Shown: positions 10,790-20,985, counted from the stretch's first letter. The stretch: DNA of 64,000 nt from Fibrobacteria bacterium (GCA_043745805.1 JAYTSD010000008.1:224001-288000); one strand, 5' to 3'. Notes: generated from the sequence alone by a model not told the origin. Translations and numbers: made by a program.

Positions 10790-13419
10790 TAACCCACCCC
10801 GCTTTCAATCAATTGCTGTAATCTTGCAATAGACTGTTCAACCTTATTACTAAATTTTTCGATTTTTTTTTCATCTTGCAAAAATTGTGGATGTAAAGCC
10901 AAGGATTTTTGTTTTCCTGCCTTAGCAATTATTTCTCTCTCCAAAGGATAGCGAATAAAGTACTGAATTAATGCGATACATTCTTCAACAGTGCGGTAAG
11001 AAATAATTTCTTTCCCAATATCAAATGATTTTGATAAACCTTCATGATATTCTGTAATTAATAAAGCGCCGTTATTTAATACCTGTAAAAAATACGCGTT
11101 AACTTCATTATTTTCAAAACGAAAACCAGGAGGAACCACAATTATTTGAGATTGTTGTATAATGTCATGTTTATTTTTTTCACTGATTTCACCCAAATGT
11201 TTTAGCAAAATTGCTGAATCGTTATTTAAAATATTTTTATTTTTACCCCAAAATTTAATTGGCAATTTGCTCGCTAGTTTTTCCAAAAAAGCAATCTCAT
11301 TAGCATCTGTTAAATTGCCAATAAAGGTAATGGGATGATTTTTTTCGGTTTTCGAAATAATCTCTGCTTGAGAACATGTGATTTTTTTTAGAGTATGGAA
11401 TAATTCAACGTTATATGGAAAGTCGCTTGCTTGCAAAGAGTTTAAATTTTCTTTACCAGCATACTCTAATGTAAATACAAATTGACTGGATAATCTGCCA
11501 AGCCGGTCTCCCATGCGAGACAAGCGATGTATATGTTGACCCTGGTATAAATAATCCACATAATTTTTACTACTTAATAAAATATGTAAACCTAAGTTAT
11601 TATATTTTTTTAACTCACCAAAATTAATTTCCAAGTTAGGATTTACCTCTACCCAAATCAAAGTAAAATCATTTTCCTTGTCTTCACCCGACATTAACCA
11701 ATGGACGGTCCGACGAAGTTGGATACATAGCGCTTCCAGTTCATTTATTTTAGAATCAGAATTTTGTTGGTCTTGTAACCGAAGCCTTTTGTTTTCGCAT
11801 ATATCCGATTTTGCAAAAACTGTAGACTCAATTAAAGGTGCTTCTTTGGTCATTTTAAACGGAAGCACACCATTAAATTTTTTATCTGAATTAATATCGC
11901 TTATATCAATAGCCCAAACGGTGTAATAAAAATTATACCATCGAAATGCATATAAAATATTTTCTAAGCTTGGAGTTTGCTGTAATAAGCTTTCTAATTT
12001 TGAAAAATAGCCTGATTGATTATCGGCCCATTCCATAAATATTTCATGCGGCCAGAATCCCACACCATGAGTTGATTTTAATACAGGCACGCCTAAGCGC
12101 GCCATTTCTAAGCCTATAGTGCTCCATGTAGTGAGTACTACATCCGCTATCTCTCCCAAATCATAACTGGAAATATTTTCTTCTGGCCAAATAATTTGGC
12201 AGTTTTTAAATACCTGATTTGCAAAACTATTTTTTAATAATTCTAAATGTTGAGAACGTACTTGTTCACGTTTGTTTGCCCCTTCGCGAGGATGGATACG
12301 TACAATTAATTGAATATCGTCTCTTTTTTCTGCAAATTGAATTAGCGCTTCAATCCAAGGAATTTGCTCATCTCCAAAAGGCAATTTGAAATCCTTCATA
12401 GTAACATGTAATGCATCTATCATGGCCTTACTCGCCATTCGTTCATCTAAACTACTGGTAAAGGCTACTAAAAGTTTTTTGTTTGGAAGCAAACCAAGTT
12501 TAGTATGTAGATCGATTGGATTAGTATTTTTTGCTGGTGAGTATACATGAGAGGCCGTTGATGAATTCATGCGTATTAATACATCATCCATAGCACTCTT
12601 TACTTGAGTTTTATTTAAAGCTAATTCGCGCCATCCCGCCCATAAATCAAGTGACCTATTTGCTTCATGCCATATTGAATCAGGGTAGAGACACAAAAGT
12701 GTTTTATCACCGGTTAAATGTTGGGATGTGGTTGTAGTGATACTGGGAATGCCGTGCTTACGTCCAGCCAAACGAGTTGCAACTAATAGACTATATTCTT
12801 CATGATACATTATTGCAGAAATAGGAAGCCTGGCACATATCTCATCCGCAATTTTGTAACTTAATATTGCGCTTAGGGTATACTGCTTCCAGCCAGCACT
12901 AACTTCTTCTGATAAATTTTCAAGATCAAGAATTTTTTGTGATTGCACTAATGCAGAAATACACATTTTGCCGAATGCAATGCCTTCATAAACCAAATCT
13001 TGTAAATGTTCTTCATATTGTTGGATTATCATTGTGATTTCCATTATCATTTGCGGAGTCACAAAATCATGAATATCTAAAAATTTCAGGCCATAATATT
13101 GTTCCAAGGCAACTGAATGCTGAAGACAATTTTCACATACTTTCTTTTTATTTTCCTGTAACTCGGTATGCGGCAAATTATACATATCCATTACTGGACA
13201 TCGAGTAAAAACGGATTGACAACGCACCATCAATACAGAGTGACCCATTTCTTGTAATGTTTTCGCTAACAAAGCCTGTGCGGCAAAATGAGGAAGTACG
13301 CCTGCTTCAGGAGTAAAAACGAGTATATGTTTTTTTTCTGATGGGTTAGCGGGTAAATGGTTGCTCAAATTAAACCTTCCAATTCTTGGGAAATAATGCG
13401 TTTGCTTAAATTCTAGCAT
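10789..13419 (-). CDS. Capsule-biosynthesis-type GT-B protein with C-terminal CgeB-like glycosyltransferase domain
   Basis: IVRIHPRE, ISSYDL, WSTIGLE motifs; C-terminal GALLITE...FDIGKEIISY...EREIIAKAG resembles Glyco_trans_1_2. Confidence 0.65.
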   Translation of the reverse strand: MLEFKQTHYFPRIGRFNLSNHLPANPSEKKHILVFTPEAGVLPHFAAQALLAKTLQEMGHSVLMVRCQSVFTRCPVMDMYNLPHTELQENKKKVCENCLQHSVALEQYYGLKFLDIHDFVTPQMIMEITMIIQQYEEHLQDLVYEGIAFGKMCISALVQSQKILDLENLSEEVSAGWKQYTLSAILSYKIADEICARLPISAIMYHEEYSLLVATRLAGRKHGIPSITTTTSQHLTGDKTLLCLYPDSIWHEANRSLDLWAGWRELALNKTQVKSAMDDVLIRMNSSTASHVYSPAKNTNPIDLHTKLGLLPNKKLLVAFTSSLDERMASKAMIDALHVTMKDFKLPFGDEQIPWIEALIQFAEKRDDIQLIVRIHPREGANKREQVRSQHLELLKNSFANQVFKNCQIIWPEENISSYDLGEIADVVLTTWSTIGLEMARLGVPVLKSTHGVGFWPHEIFMEWADNQSGYFSKLESLLQQTPSLENILYAFRWYNFYYTVWAIDISDINSDKKFNGVLPFKMTKEAPLIESTVFAKSDICENKRLRLQDQQNSDSKINELEALCIQLRRTVHWLMSGEDKENDFTLIWVEVNPNLEINFGELKKYNNLGLHILLSSKNYVDYLYQGQHIHRLSRMGDRLGRLSSQFVFTLEYAGKENLNSLQASDFPYNVELFHTLKKITCSQAEIISKTEKNHPITFIGNLTDANEIAFLEKLASKLPIKFWGKNKNILNNDSAILLKHLGEISEKNKHDIIQQSQIIVVPPGFRFENNEVNAYFLQVLNNGALLITEYHEGLSKSFDIGKEIISYRTVEECIALIQYFIRYPLEREIIAKAGKQKSLALHPQFLQDEKKIEKFSNKVEQSIARLQQLIESGVG

Positions 13420-13549
13420 TATCAAATTGCCGAATTCATCTTAGGAATGAATAATATTAATGAGTTAAAAAAAGTACTATAAAAGTTAATGTATTTAATA
13501 AAGTGATTTACGCGAAATCGCTTTATAGTTCAGTATAAGTACGTGCTTA

Positions 13550-15538
13550 TCAAAAATTGAACTTACTGAAAATATCAGGAAATGCTTTTGTCATCTCTTT
13601 AATGTCAGGAATAATCTTTTCCGGTAAACGAGTGTTACGTGGAAATGCCGTTCCACAAAGGGTATTCGCATATTCAATTTCCAAAAGTAATCGATGCCCT
13701 TTTGTAGGATGTTTTCCTTTGTGAAATCCTCGTGTGTCCTCAGCAATGATTAATCCTCGGGGTCCAGTATATTCATGAAATTTATTTTCAGCATAATGCT
13801 TAAGCATATCTTCATCAGAAATTCTCTGATAACCCCTTTGTAATAGTTCCGGCGGCTTCTGACCTCTTTTATGTGATTCTTCAACGAAACAATGAGGTCC
13901 AGTGTCACTTTCGACATCAGTAAGGTAAACAAACCATTTAATCCATTTAATCCAATCCATATCGAAATGATACAGTTGTGCCACCTCAGTCTCTGGACTT
14001 TTAGCATAAAGAGTACTCCACCACATTACTAAAGTAGAGAGAATAGGATTTGTACCCAAGTAGGCTTGAGATATTGCTAATAAGTTTGGATCGGAAATTA
14101 GTCTTTGTACTTCTACTTGAGCGAGTAAATCTTTTGATCCAAATTGATATTTATCCGCAAGTATTTTTTCAGGATTATAAACGGCATATTCTGGTACACC
14201 TTCGCGTGGGGGTATTAATTCGGCTTTTTCAGAATAAGCAAAGGACATTAATTTTTCAATAATCGAATCTGCTAATTGGTTCTCAAATACAAAAAATCCT
14301 TTGTCGCGAATTTGATTGGAAATGGCATGTATTTCTTTTGCATTTAATGGCCCAAGTACACTTTTAACTTCTGAATTGGCTTTTACTAAGGGTAATGTAT
14401 AATTCGGTTTAAATAACATTAATAAAAAGACTAAAAAATCATTAGACCATCCATTAGTTTGGCAATATAAATTAATCACTTGTCCAAATGCATCTGGAAT
14501 ATTTTTTCCCGTTGAAACATATTGTTTCGCTCCAGAAATAACTGATTTTATTTCCTCTAAAATCAAAGGGTTTGCAAAAGCATCCATGCCAATCACATCT
14601 GCAAATAAACGTGGTAATAAATCCAAATTTTGAATAGCAGCGCTTTCGCATTCACGGGAAAATTGCTGAGATAGATTTTCACTAGAATCATTTTCGGCGA
14701 TGGAGAAAGTTAATCCCTCGCTTAGTGAAGTTGGAAAGGCATAATTTGCACAAAGTACTGAAGCTTGAAATTTTTCCAAGGAAAAATCTAAAGACTTTGT
14801 TTTAACCCTATCCACAATAAACCATTGTTCATCAACTCTCCAAAGAATAATTAATGGCAATGCGGGTGAAATCGTATCCAAGGGTAATATGGAGGTGACA
14901 TTCAATAATTTTGAGAATGTTAATAAGGAAGATTCAGCTATTGAATTATTTGCGGACTCCAGTTTTGTGGAATTGATTACGACTAGGTTATAGTCCTCCC
15001 TTGCCTCGTTGCCCATAAGGGAATGAATTAACCATTTTCGTAAAAGCTTACGGAGAATAGAAATTTGTTTTTCAAAACCTTTTTGAGGAAGGCATAAAAA
15101 CTTTTCTAGTGCTGGCAAATGCTTTAGTAAATCGATCCAAATTGTGGTTTCAGGAGATATCGATAGTGCTTTAATCATTAATTGGAAGGCCAAATTATAT
15201 TGCTGGCACTGAAAAGCTTGGAAAGCCAAGCTCAATTTAAACCGTGCCGCATTATTAATATTTCCTAATGACTCATAACATTTAATGATTTGTTGATAAA
15301 AAGCTTCGCTTTTCGCGCCTTCAGAATAAGCCTTTTCTAAGGCCCATATTTCTAAATCAGGGCTAAATTTTTGACAAGCAAAGGCAAATCCCTGATACCA
15401 TTCCAATGCCAAATCTGCAGGAGGATTAATCGTTTTTTCTAAATACTCAATAATTTGAGTATCATTCATTTTTTGTTTATCAAATAAAGCGAGCAAGCTT
15501 TCAGCTTGTTGAACAAGGCTATTATTAATATCAGTCAT
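13550..15538 (-). CDS. TPR-like N-terminus fused to PhyH-family 2OG-Fe(II) dioxygenase
   Basis: C-terminal YHFD...KWFVYLTDV...GPHCFVEESH...DTRGFHKG...R gives the HxD...H facial triad; helical N-terminal repeats. Confidence 0.8.
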   Translation of the reverse strand: MTDINNSLVQQAESLLALFDKQKMNDTQIIEYLEKTINPPADLALEWYQGFAFACQKFSPDLEIWALEKAYSEGAKSEAFYQQIIKCYESLGNINNAARFKLSLAFQAFQCQQYNLAFQLMIKALSISPETTIWIDLLKHLPALEKFLCLPQKGFEKQISILRKLLRKWLIHSLMGNEAREDYNLVVINSTKLESANNSIAESSLLTFSKLLNVTSILPLDTISPALPLIILWRVDEQWFIVDRVKTKSLDFSLEKFQASVLCANYAFPTSLSEGLTFSIAENDSSENLSQQFSRECESAAIQNLDLLPRLFADVIGMDAFANPLILEEIKSVISGAKQYVSTGKNIPDAFGQVINLYCQTNGWSNDFLVFLLMLFKPNYTLPLVKANSEVKSVLGPLNAKEIHAISNQIRDKGFFVFENQLADSIIEKLMSFAYSEKAELIPPREGVPEYAVYNPEKILADKYQFGSKDLLAQVEVQRLISDPNLLAISQAYLGTNPILSTLVMWWSTLYAKSPETEVAQLYHFDMDWIKWIKWFVYLTDVESDTGPHCFVEESHKRGQKPPELLQRGYQRISDEDMLKHYAENKFHEYTGPRGLIIAEDTRGFHKGKHPTKGHRLLLEIEYANTLCGTAFPRNTRLPEKIIPDIKEMTKAFPDIFSKFNF

Positions 15539-15649
15539 AGTAATATATCCATTTTTAATATCATCAAAACTATTTATATGCTCGTTCTATTTTAGAGTTA
15601 TGTAATTAGTATAAATAGATTAACCTTAATTTTATTTAGAGTAAAGATT

Positions 15650-16906
15650 TTATAAATGAAAAAATGACAAAAAGTTTTGTGCTTCTCGATTAAATGTATC
15701 GGGAATACGTCTTACAAAAAATTGAGAGCCAACCTCAGCATTATTCCAATGAAAAACGCCGGTAACTAACCCGTAGAGATAGCGAGAATCGATAATAATT
15801 TCGGATCGTGGAGATATTTTTTCGATTGCTTTAGTGAACTGAAATTCACGTTTTTCTTTGTTGGCATTACATACAAAATATCCATCAATAATTTTAATAC
15901 AAAAGAAAAAATCCTGGGTACATTCAGATTTCCTCAATGCATTTTCTCCACATTTAGGAAGCAACGTACGAAAAGGAATTATATTGTCAGGTAGCTCACG
16001 AAAATATTTTTCATAATGCATTTCCCGATTCAAAAGTGATTCTACAAATTTTTCAACATCCTCAGGATGATAAGCTTTTTTTCTTTCGCGATTTACCTTA
16101 AGCGTCTCGGTATCAATATAAGCATCACCGCCATCATCCAGCACTATCGCAGTATTGTCAAAAACCGTAACCTCAATTGCATCAGCAACTCCACGATAAG
16201 CATTCAATTTGGCAAGCTGTCCGCCAAGATAATATTTTCCAGCAAATGGAATTACCACTTTGGCTGCTAATACATCTCTAGATTTTATATAACGCTCAAA
16301 GAATGATTTTTTTTTCTCTTCCGCTTTTTCCTTAAGGCTTGGCCCAATATCAAAATAAGTTTGCGGATAGGGTCCAGCGCCTGTATACCCCAATAACGCC
16401 ACAGTAGGTGAACCTTTTACAAAAGATTTAATTTGGTTTAAAAAAACCAAATTAAAAAGATTATCATTCAGGTTAACAACTGAATGTCCCGAACTTTTTT
16501 CAACTACCGCCAAAGCAGAATCTATATCATAAATATGCTCTGTCTCATTAGGGAAAATTCGTAAGACTATGTCCTCAATTTCCAGTTCGGAAAGGATAGT
16601 ATGTGAAATTCCCGCGCCTGTCATTTTTTTGCTTAAAAAGTTATTTTTAAAATCGGCAATAACTATTTTCGCATTAGGGTAATAACTCAAATATTCCTTG
16701 AGAAAAATGGGATCAAAATGATCGGGATGAATATGGGAAATATAGATATAGTCATATTTCCCAATTACTTTAATTGGATCAGCTAGTTTTGGATATTGAT
16801 ACCAACTACCATCATACGCTCCCTCGGTAAACCATGGGTCACATAAAATCGAAAAATGAGTTGTGCGAATTCCGATGCAAGCTGAATAATAATAGTAGAC
16901 CTTCAT
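15650..16906 (-). CDS. MBL-fold protein, CMP-Neu5Ac hydroxylase (CMAH)-like, no Rieske domain
   Basis: CDPWF..GAYDGSW, YIYISHIHPDHFD, IDSAL, NLND, GAGPYPQ, IPFAG. Confidence 0.75.
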   Translation of the reverse strand: MKVYYYYSACIGIRTTHFSILCDPWFTEGAYDGSWYQYPKLADPIKVIGKYDYIYISHIHPDHFDPIFLKEYLSYYPNAKIVIADFKNNFLSKKMTGAGISHTILSELEIEDIVLRIFPNETEHIYDIDSALAVVEKSSGHSVVNLNDNLFNLVFLNQIKSFVKGSPTVALLGYTGAGPYPQTYFDIGPSLKEKAEEKKKSFFERYIKSRDVLAAKVVIPFAGKYYLGGQLAKLNAYRGVADAIEVTVFDNTAIVLDDGGDAYIDTETLKVNRERKKAYHPEDVEKFVESLLNREMHYEKYFRELPDNIIPFRTLLPKCGENALRKSECTQDFFFCIKIIDGYFVCNANKEKREFQFTKAIEKISPRSEIIIDSRYLYGLVTGVFHWNNAEVGSQFFVRRIPDTFNREAQNFLSFFHL

Positions 16907-16951
16907 CGATTTATTTTTCCTTCAAATATTATAAAAAGTGTTTTTTCAATG

Positions 16952-17686
16952 TTAAACTGTCTGTTGCTTTGTGATATAACTATTTAACATTGACCAATCC
17001 TTATGCTCATCCAACAATTTTAAAATGTCATACATATCAAAACACGGGTTAATGGGATATAGAGATTCATATATTCTCTTGATTAATTCGAAATCTTCTG
17101 GATAATCCAAAGTCCATCGATGATGGCTCAAGGCGTCTCCATGTACGACACTCGCCACTCTAAATATTTGTGGGTTCCGATAAATGTATGGGGTAACATT
17201 TTCTCGCTCTATGGAATCGATTGATTCGCGATTTGCTCGTTCAAGAACTGGAAATGAAAATATCTCTGTATGCATTCCAATGGGATAACTTGTTTCTAAA
17301 ATATTGGAGGCATAATCTAACTCTACTATATGATCTAAAAAATGCTGTATTACCTTTTCAGCAATTGCTGGATCAATCAGGGGACAATCGGAATTTATTC
17401 TTACAATATTATCGGCCTCAAAATATTTAGCTGCATCATAAAATCTTAACAATACGTCAGATTCAGATCCTCGGAAATAATCTATTGAAGTTTTTTCACA
17501 CAAATCGGCAATCAGTAAATCATTCGGATTATTCGTTGTAGCAATAACAACTCGACTTGCATTTTTGATTCTGCGCAATCTTAAAACCAAATGTTCTAAT
17601 ATAGTTTTTCCAGCTATTTCCTTTAAAATTTTTCCTGGTAACCTTGTTGAACCTAGCCTAGCCTGAACGAGAATAACGGTATTCAT
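16952..17686 (-). CDS. SpsF-type acylneuraminate cytidylyltransferase family protein
   Basis: VQARLGSTRLPGKIL, RGSESDVLLRF, RINSDCPLID, RENVTPYI, RWTLDYPED. Confidence 0.88.
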   Translation of the reverse strand: MNTVILVQARLGSTRLPGKILKEIAGKTILEHLVLRLRRIKNASRVVIATTNNPNDLLIADLCEKTSIDYFRGSESDVLLRFYDAAKYFEADNIVRINSDCPLIDPAIAEKVIQHFLDHIVELDYASNILETSYPIGMHTEIFSFPVLERANRESIDSIERENVTPYIYRNPQIFRVASVVHGDALSHHRWTLDYPEDFELIKRIYESLYPINPCFDMYDILKLLDEHKDWSMLNSYITKQQTV

Positions 17687-18678
17687 ATTTCTATACTTTT
17701 TCCTTCAATAGCTGATTTTTTTGCGGCTATTACTACTTCAAGAGAATGTCGAGCGTCTTTAAGGCTTGTGGGAATAGTGGAACTTACCGATTCAGTTGCT
17801 AAAGCATGCAAAAAATTATCGGCTTGATTCGACAAAATTTTTTCCCAATCGCCATCGATCCATTCTTCAGTCCATGTTGGGCTGTCTGATTTATTCCATG
17901 CCAAAATCCCGGTGACTCTTTCATAACGAATATTTCCTGCTGTTCCAACTAATTCGATTTGATCCATATTGGGTTTTTGGAATTGATTTCCTACCATATT
18001 TCCAATGATCCCATTTTGAAAGTGAAGTGATAAAACGGCAGTATCTTCACCCTCACAACCTTCAAATACCTGTCGATTTGCCAAAGCATAAACCGATTTT
18101 ATAGGACCAGCAAAATAGGTTACCAAGTCCACATGATGCGTAAGCGCATCCAATAATAATCCTCCACCGGTAGATAATTTCGCATAGTAGGTTTGTTGAT
18201 AATCAGGCCTATACTTTCTAAAATCTTGGCTGAAATTACTAAGAATCATTTGGAGGTCTCCGATAAAACCTTCGTTTAGCATTTTTTTTATTTTTTTTAC
18301 TGCCTCAGAATTTCTACGCGGATAAGCTACTCCAGCTATTATTTTTTTTTCCTTAGCTTTTTGAATGAGTTCCGTAACGCGATCCAAATTATTGCTAATT
18401 GGTTTTTCTAACAAGAAAGGGATATTTCGATTGATACACCATTCGGCAAATTCGATATGCGTATGGGTAGGAGTAACAATTACTGCTCCATGAATATCCG
18501 CTAGAGGTAAATCCTCCAGATTTGTAAAACATGTAATGGACGAAAATTCATCTTGAATATTTTGTAGTCTTTTAGAATCAATATCAAAGCAATAAATTCG
18601 GATATTATTCATTTCGGAAAATACCTTAATATGCCTGCGACCCATTCCTCCCAATCCAATAATCAAAATATTTTTCAT
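17683..18678 (-). CDS. Gfo/Idh/MocA family oxidoreductase
   Basis: IIGLGGMGRRH, TPTHTH, LLEKP, GGGLLLDALTHHVD. ATG at 18678. Confidence 0.9.
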   Translation of the reverse strand: MKNILIIGLGGMGRRHIKVFSEMNNIRIYCFDIDSKRLQNIQDEFSSITCFTNLEDLPLADIHGAVIVTPTHTHIEFAEWCINRNIPFLLEKPISNNLDRVTELIQKAKEKKIIAGVAYPRRNSEAVKKIKKMLNEGFIGDLQMILSNFSQDFRKYRPDYQQTYYAKLSTGGGLLLDALTHHVDLVTYFAGPIKSVYALANRQVFEGCEGEDTAVLSLHFQNGIIGNMVGNQFQKPNMDQIELVGTAGNIRYERVTGILAWNKSDSPTWTEEWIDGDWEKILSNQADNFLHALATESVSSTIPTSLKDARHSLEVVIAAKKSAIEGKSIEI

Positions 18679-18701
18679 TTTATTTTCAAACCTAGGTAGA
18701 A

Positions 18702-19481
18702 TTAAATTATAGTCCATCCACCGTCCACAGGTATAACCGCTCCAGTGATATAACTAGAAGCTTCCGAAGCAAGAAAAACGGATACGCCTTTCATATCATC
18801 ATGATAAGCCATTCTTTTAAGTGGAACTTTATTTATATAATTGCTAAGAAATGGTTCTTGTTGATTGTTATAAAATCCCCCAGGCGCTATGCAATTAACG
18901 CGCACGCCACTTTTCGCAAAATATGACGCAAGGTATTTAGTAAACATAATTGTACCGCCCTTAACAAAAGGATAATCAGGTTCCGTTTCGAAATTAGATC
19001 CTTCATAAATTTTCATGTCGGGTGCTACCAAACCATATATCGACGCAATATTAATAATACTACCATGTCCTTGTTGCACCATCGCCTTCCCAAAGGCGCG
19101 ACAAGTGATAAATAATCCCCTCGCGTTGACATCCATGGATCGATCCCAGTTCTCAATGGAATCGTTAAAGAATTTTTTCATAGGTCTTTCATAACCGGAA
19201 TTGATCAGAATATCAGGAATTTTGCATTCAATAGAAATTTTCTCTATTGACTTTAAAACATCCCCTTCATCGCTTTGATCCATACAAAAACCACTAACTT
19301 GAAGATCTTGATTTTGTAATTTTTCAACAGCTTCTTGATAATGTTCTTCTTTTGTAGAAGTGATATAAACTTTAGCACCCGCTTCAGCCAATGCTTCAGC
19401 CATTGGAAATCCTATTTTCCCTGCCCCTCCAATAACCACTGCGCATTGGGATTTAAGAGAAAAAAGTGCATTAGTATGCAT
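18702..19481 (-). CDS. Short-chain dehydrogenase/reductase (PtmA-like)
   Basis: GGAGKIG, NIASIYG, YPFVKGG (YxxxK), RVNCIAPGG, VDGGW. Confidence 0.88.
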   Translation of the reverse strand: MHTNALFSLKSQCAVVIGGAGKIGFPMAEALAEAGAKVYITSTKEEHYQEAVEKLQNQDLQVSGFCMDQSDEGDVLKSIEKISIECKIPDILINSGYERPMKKFFNDSIENWDRSMDVNARGLFITCRAFGKAMVQQGHGSIINIASIYGLVAPDMKIYEGSNFETEPDYPFVKGGTIMFTKYLASYFAKSGVRVNCIAPGGFYNNQQEPFLSNYINKVPLKRMAYHDDMKGVSVFLASEASSYITGAVIPVDGGWTII

Positions 19482-19495
19482 ATAAATCCAGTCGT

Positions 19496-20437
19496 CTAAA
19501 TTAAAGGTTGTAAAGTAATAGGCGAAATCTCAACTCCGCCATTTCGCTTTGATATATCGCCAGCTAGTATCACTTTGGCTATTGTAACTATTTCTGCCAA
19601 GGGAATTGGCTGCCTTCTTGTCTCAATCATTTCCGTGAATTTTATCAACATTTGCCTGAAGCTGTAAAAAAAATCAGAGAAAGGAACTGAAAATTTTTCC
19701 GATCCTTCAGAAAAACATGTGAACTGAATCGGCAAAGAAATATTTTTGACGAACTCCAATATCACATTCATTCCCGAAGCGAATTTGATTTGCACAATAT
19801 CATGGTCCACTTCATTATTTAACGAGCGCACCGAAAGTATGTCGAAACCCCAAATACAGGAAATTCCTTCAAAGACATGGTGTCCGTAACGCATCCAATT
19901 TACTCGACTCATGCCATGAATGGATTTAACTTGTGCCCATGGTTTCTGTGCTTTTGCATCGATTAAGTCACGACAAAACCGAATTGGAGAACCCGCCATT
20001 ACGGGATAATCTTCACCCATTAAATCGAGTAATGCATTTAAATCTTTTTCCGTAGCAGCAAGTTGCTTATCAATAAAAATCGGCAAACCTTTTTCTATGA
20101 ATGGCTTTGCCATTTCAAAATGATTTTCTGGATCATCTCTTGCTAAAAGAATACCATCTACGTTACCTATCATGTCCGTGTAATTTTTAACAATATTTGG
20201 AATTAGGCAGACTTTAGCGATGTCTTCTGAAAGCTTAGCATCCTGAGTCCAAACATGAGTTACTTTTGCCCCATCGATGAAAATTTCATTTCTATGATCT
20301 CTCGGAAGATATTCTTTAATCAATCCAAAAGGACATCTTTTATTAAGTTCCACAGGATCATATCCATTGAATATAGCGGAATATGAAAATGGATGTCCAT
20401 TCCCTTCATTCATTCCAATTATACCCAGCTTGATCAT
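19496..20437 (-). CDS. Divergent Gfo/Idh/MocA-like oxidoreductase
   Basis: KLGIIG...GNGHPFSYSAIFNGY, LARDD...H, PIFIDK (EKP-equivalent), MRYGHH. Confidence 0.7.
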   Translation of the reverse strand: MIKLGIIGMNEGNGHPFSYSAIFNGYDPVELNKRCPFGLIKEYLPRDHRNEIFIDGAKVTHVWTQDAKLSEDIAKVCLIPNIVKNYTDMIGNVDGILLARDDPENHFEMAKPFIEKGLPIFIDKQLAATEKDLNALLDLMGEDYPVMAGSPIRFCRDLIDAKAQKPWAQVKSIHGMSRVNWMRYGHHVFEGISCIWGFDILSVRSLNNEVDHDIVQIKFASGMNVILEFVKNISLPIQFTCFSEGSEKFSVPFSDFFYSFRQMLIKFTEMIETRRQPIPLAEIVTIAKVILAGDISKRNGGVEISPITLQPLI

Positions 20438-20443
20438 AATGTC

Positions 20444-20983
20444 TTACTCATTTTTCAAGTATGAATCAGCTAACATGGAAATTATAATTGAATCCCAAAA
20501 ACGTCCCTCATAAAAATAATTCTTCCGTAATAAACCATCTTTTTTTAGCTTTAATTTTTTATAAAGCTCTTTCTTTTTTTCATCGAATTCATAGATCTCC
20601 GTCCATATTTTATTTAAACCCAATTCTTTAAAACCATAATCAAACAGCAACTTACAACTTTCTTCAGCATATCCTTTATCATCGATATACGCATCGTCCG
20701 CGCCTATATATAAAGAGAGATCAGCATGACGATGTACCCAGTTGACATAGACAAAGCCACAGCATCCCAGTAAAACATTATCCGTGATGCGTCGGATGGA
20801 AAACATAACCGTAGTCGGATCCTTCATCACTTTTTCATTAAACCAAGCCTCTTGGTGACTCATATTTAATTCTCGATATTCTCGAAAGTATTTTCGGAAA
20901 TCCGAATTATTGCGCCAATCCCGAAGTTGTTTTAAATCCTCTTTTTCTACCGCTGTCAATCCAACAATTTTTCCCTTAAGCAT
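20444..20983 (-). CDS. GNAT (RimJ/RimL, PseH-like) N-acetyltransferase
   Basis: LRDWRN, ADLSLYIG, YGFKELGLNKIWTEIYEFD, DGLLR; lies next to the NeuB-type synthase. Confidence 0.82.
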   Translation of the reverse strand: MLKGKIVGLTAVEKEDLKQLRDWRNNSDFRKYFREYRELNMSHQEAWFNEKVMKDPTTVMFSIRRITDNVLLGCCGFVYVNWVHRHADLSLYIGADDAYIDDKGYAEESCKLLFDYGFKELGLNKIWTEIYEFDEKKKELYKKLKLKKDGLLRKNYFYEGRFWDSIIISMLADSYLKNE

Positions 20984-20985
20984 TC

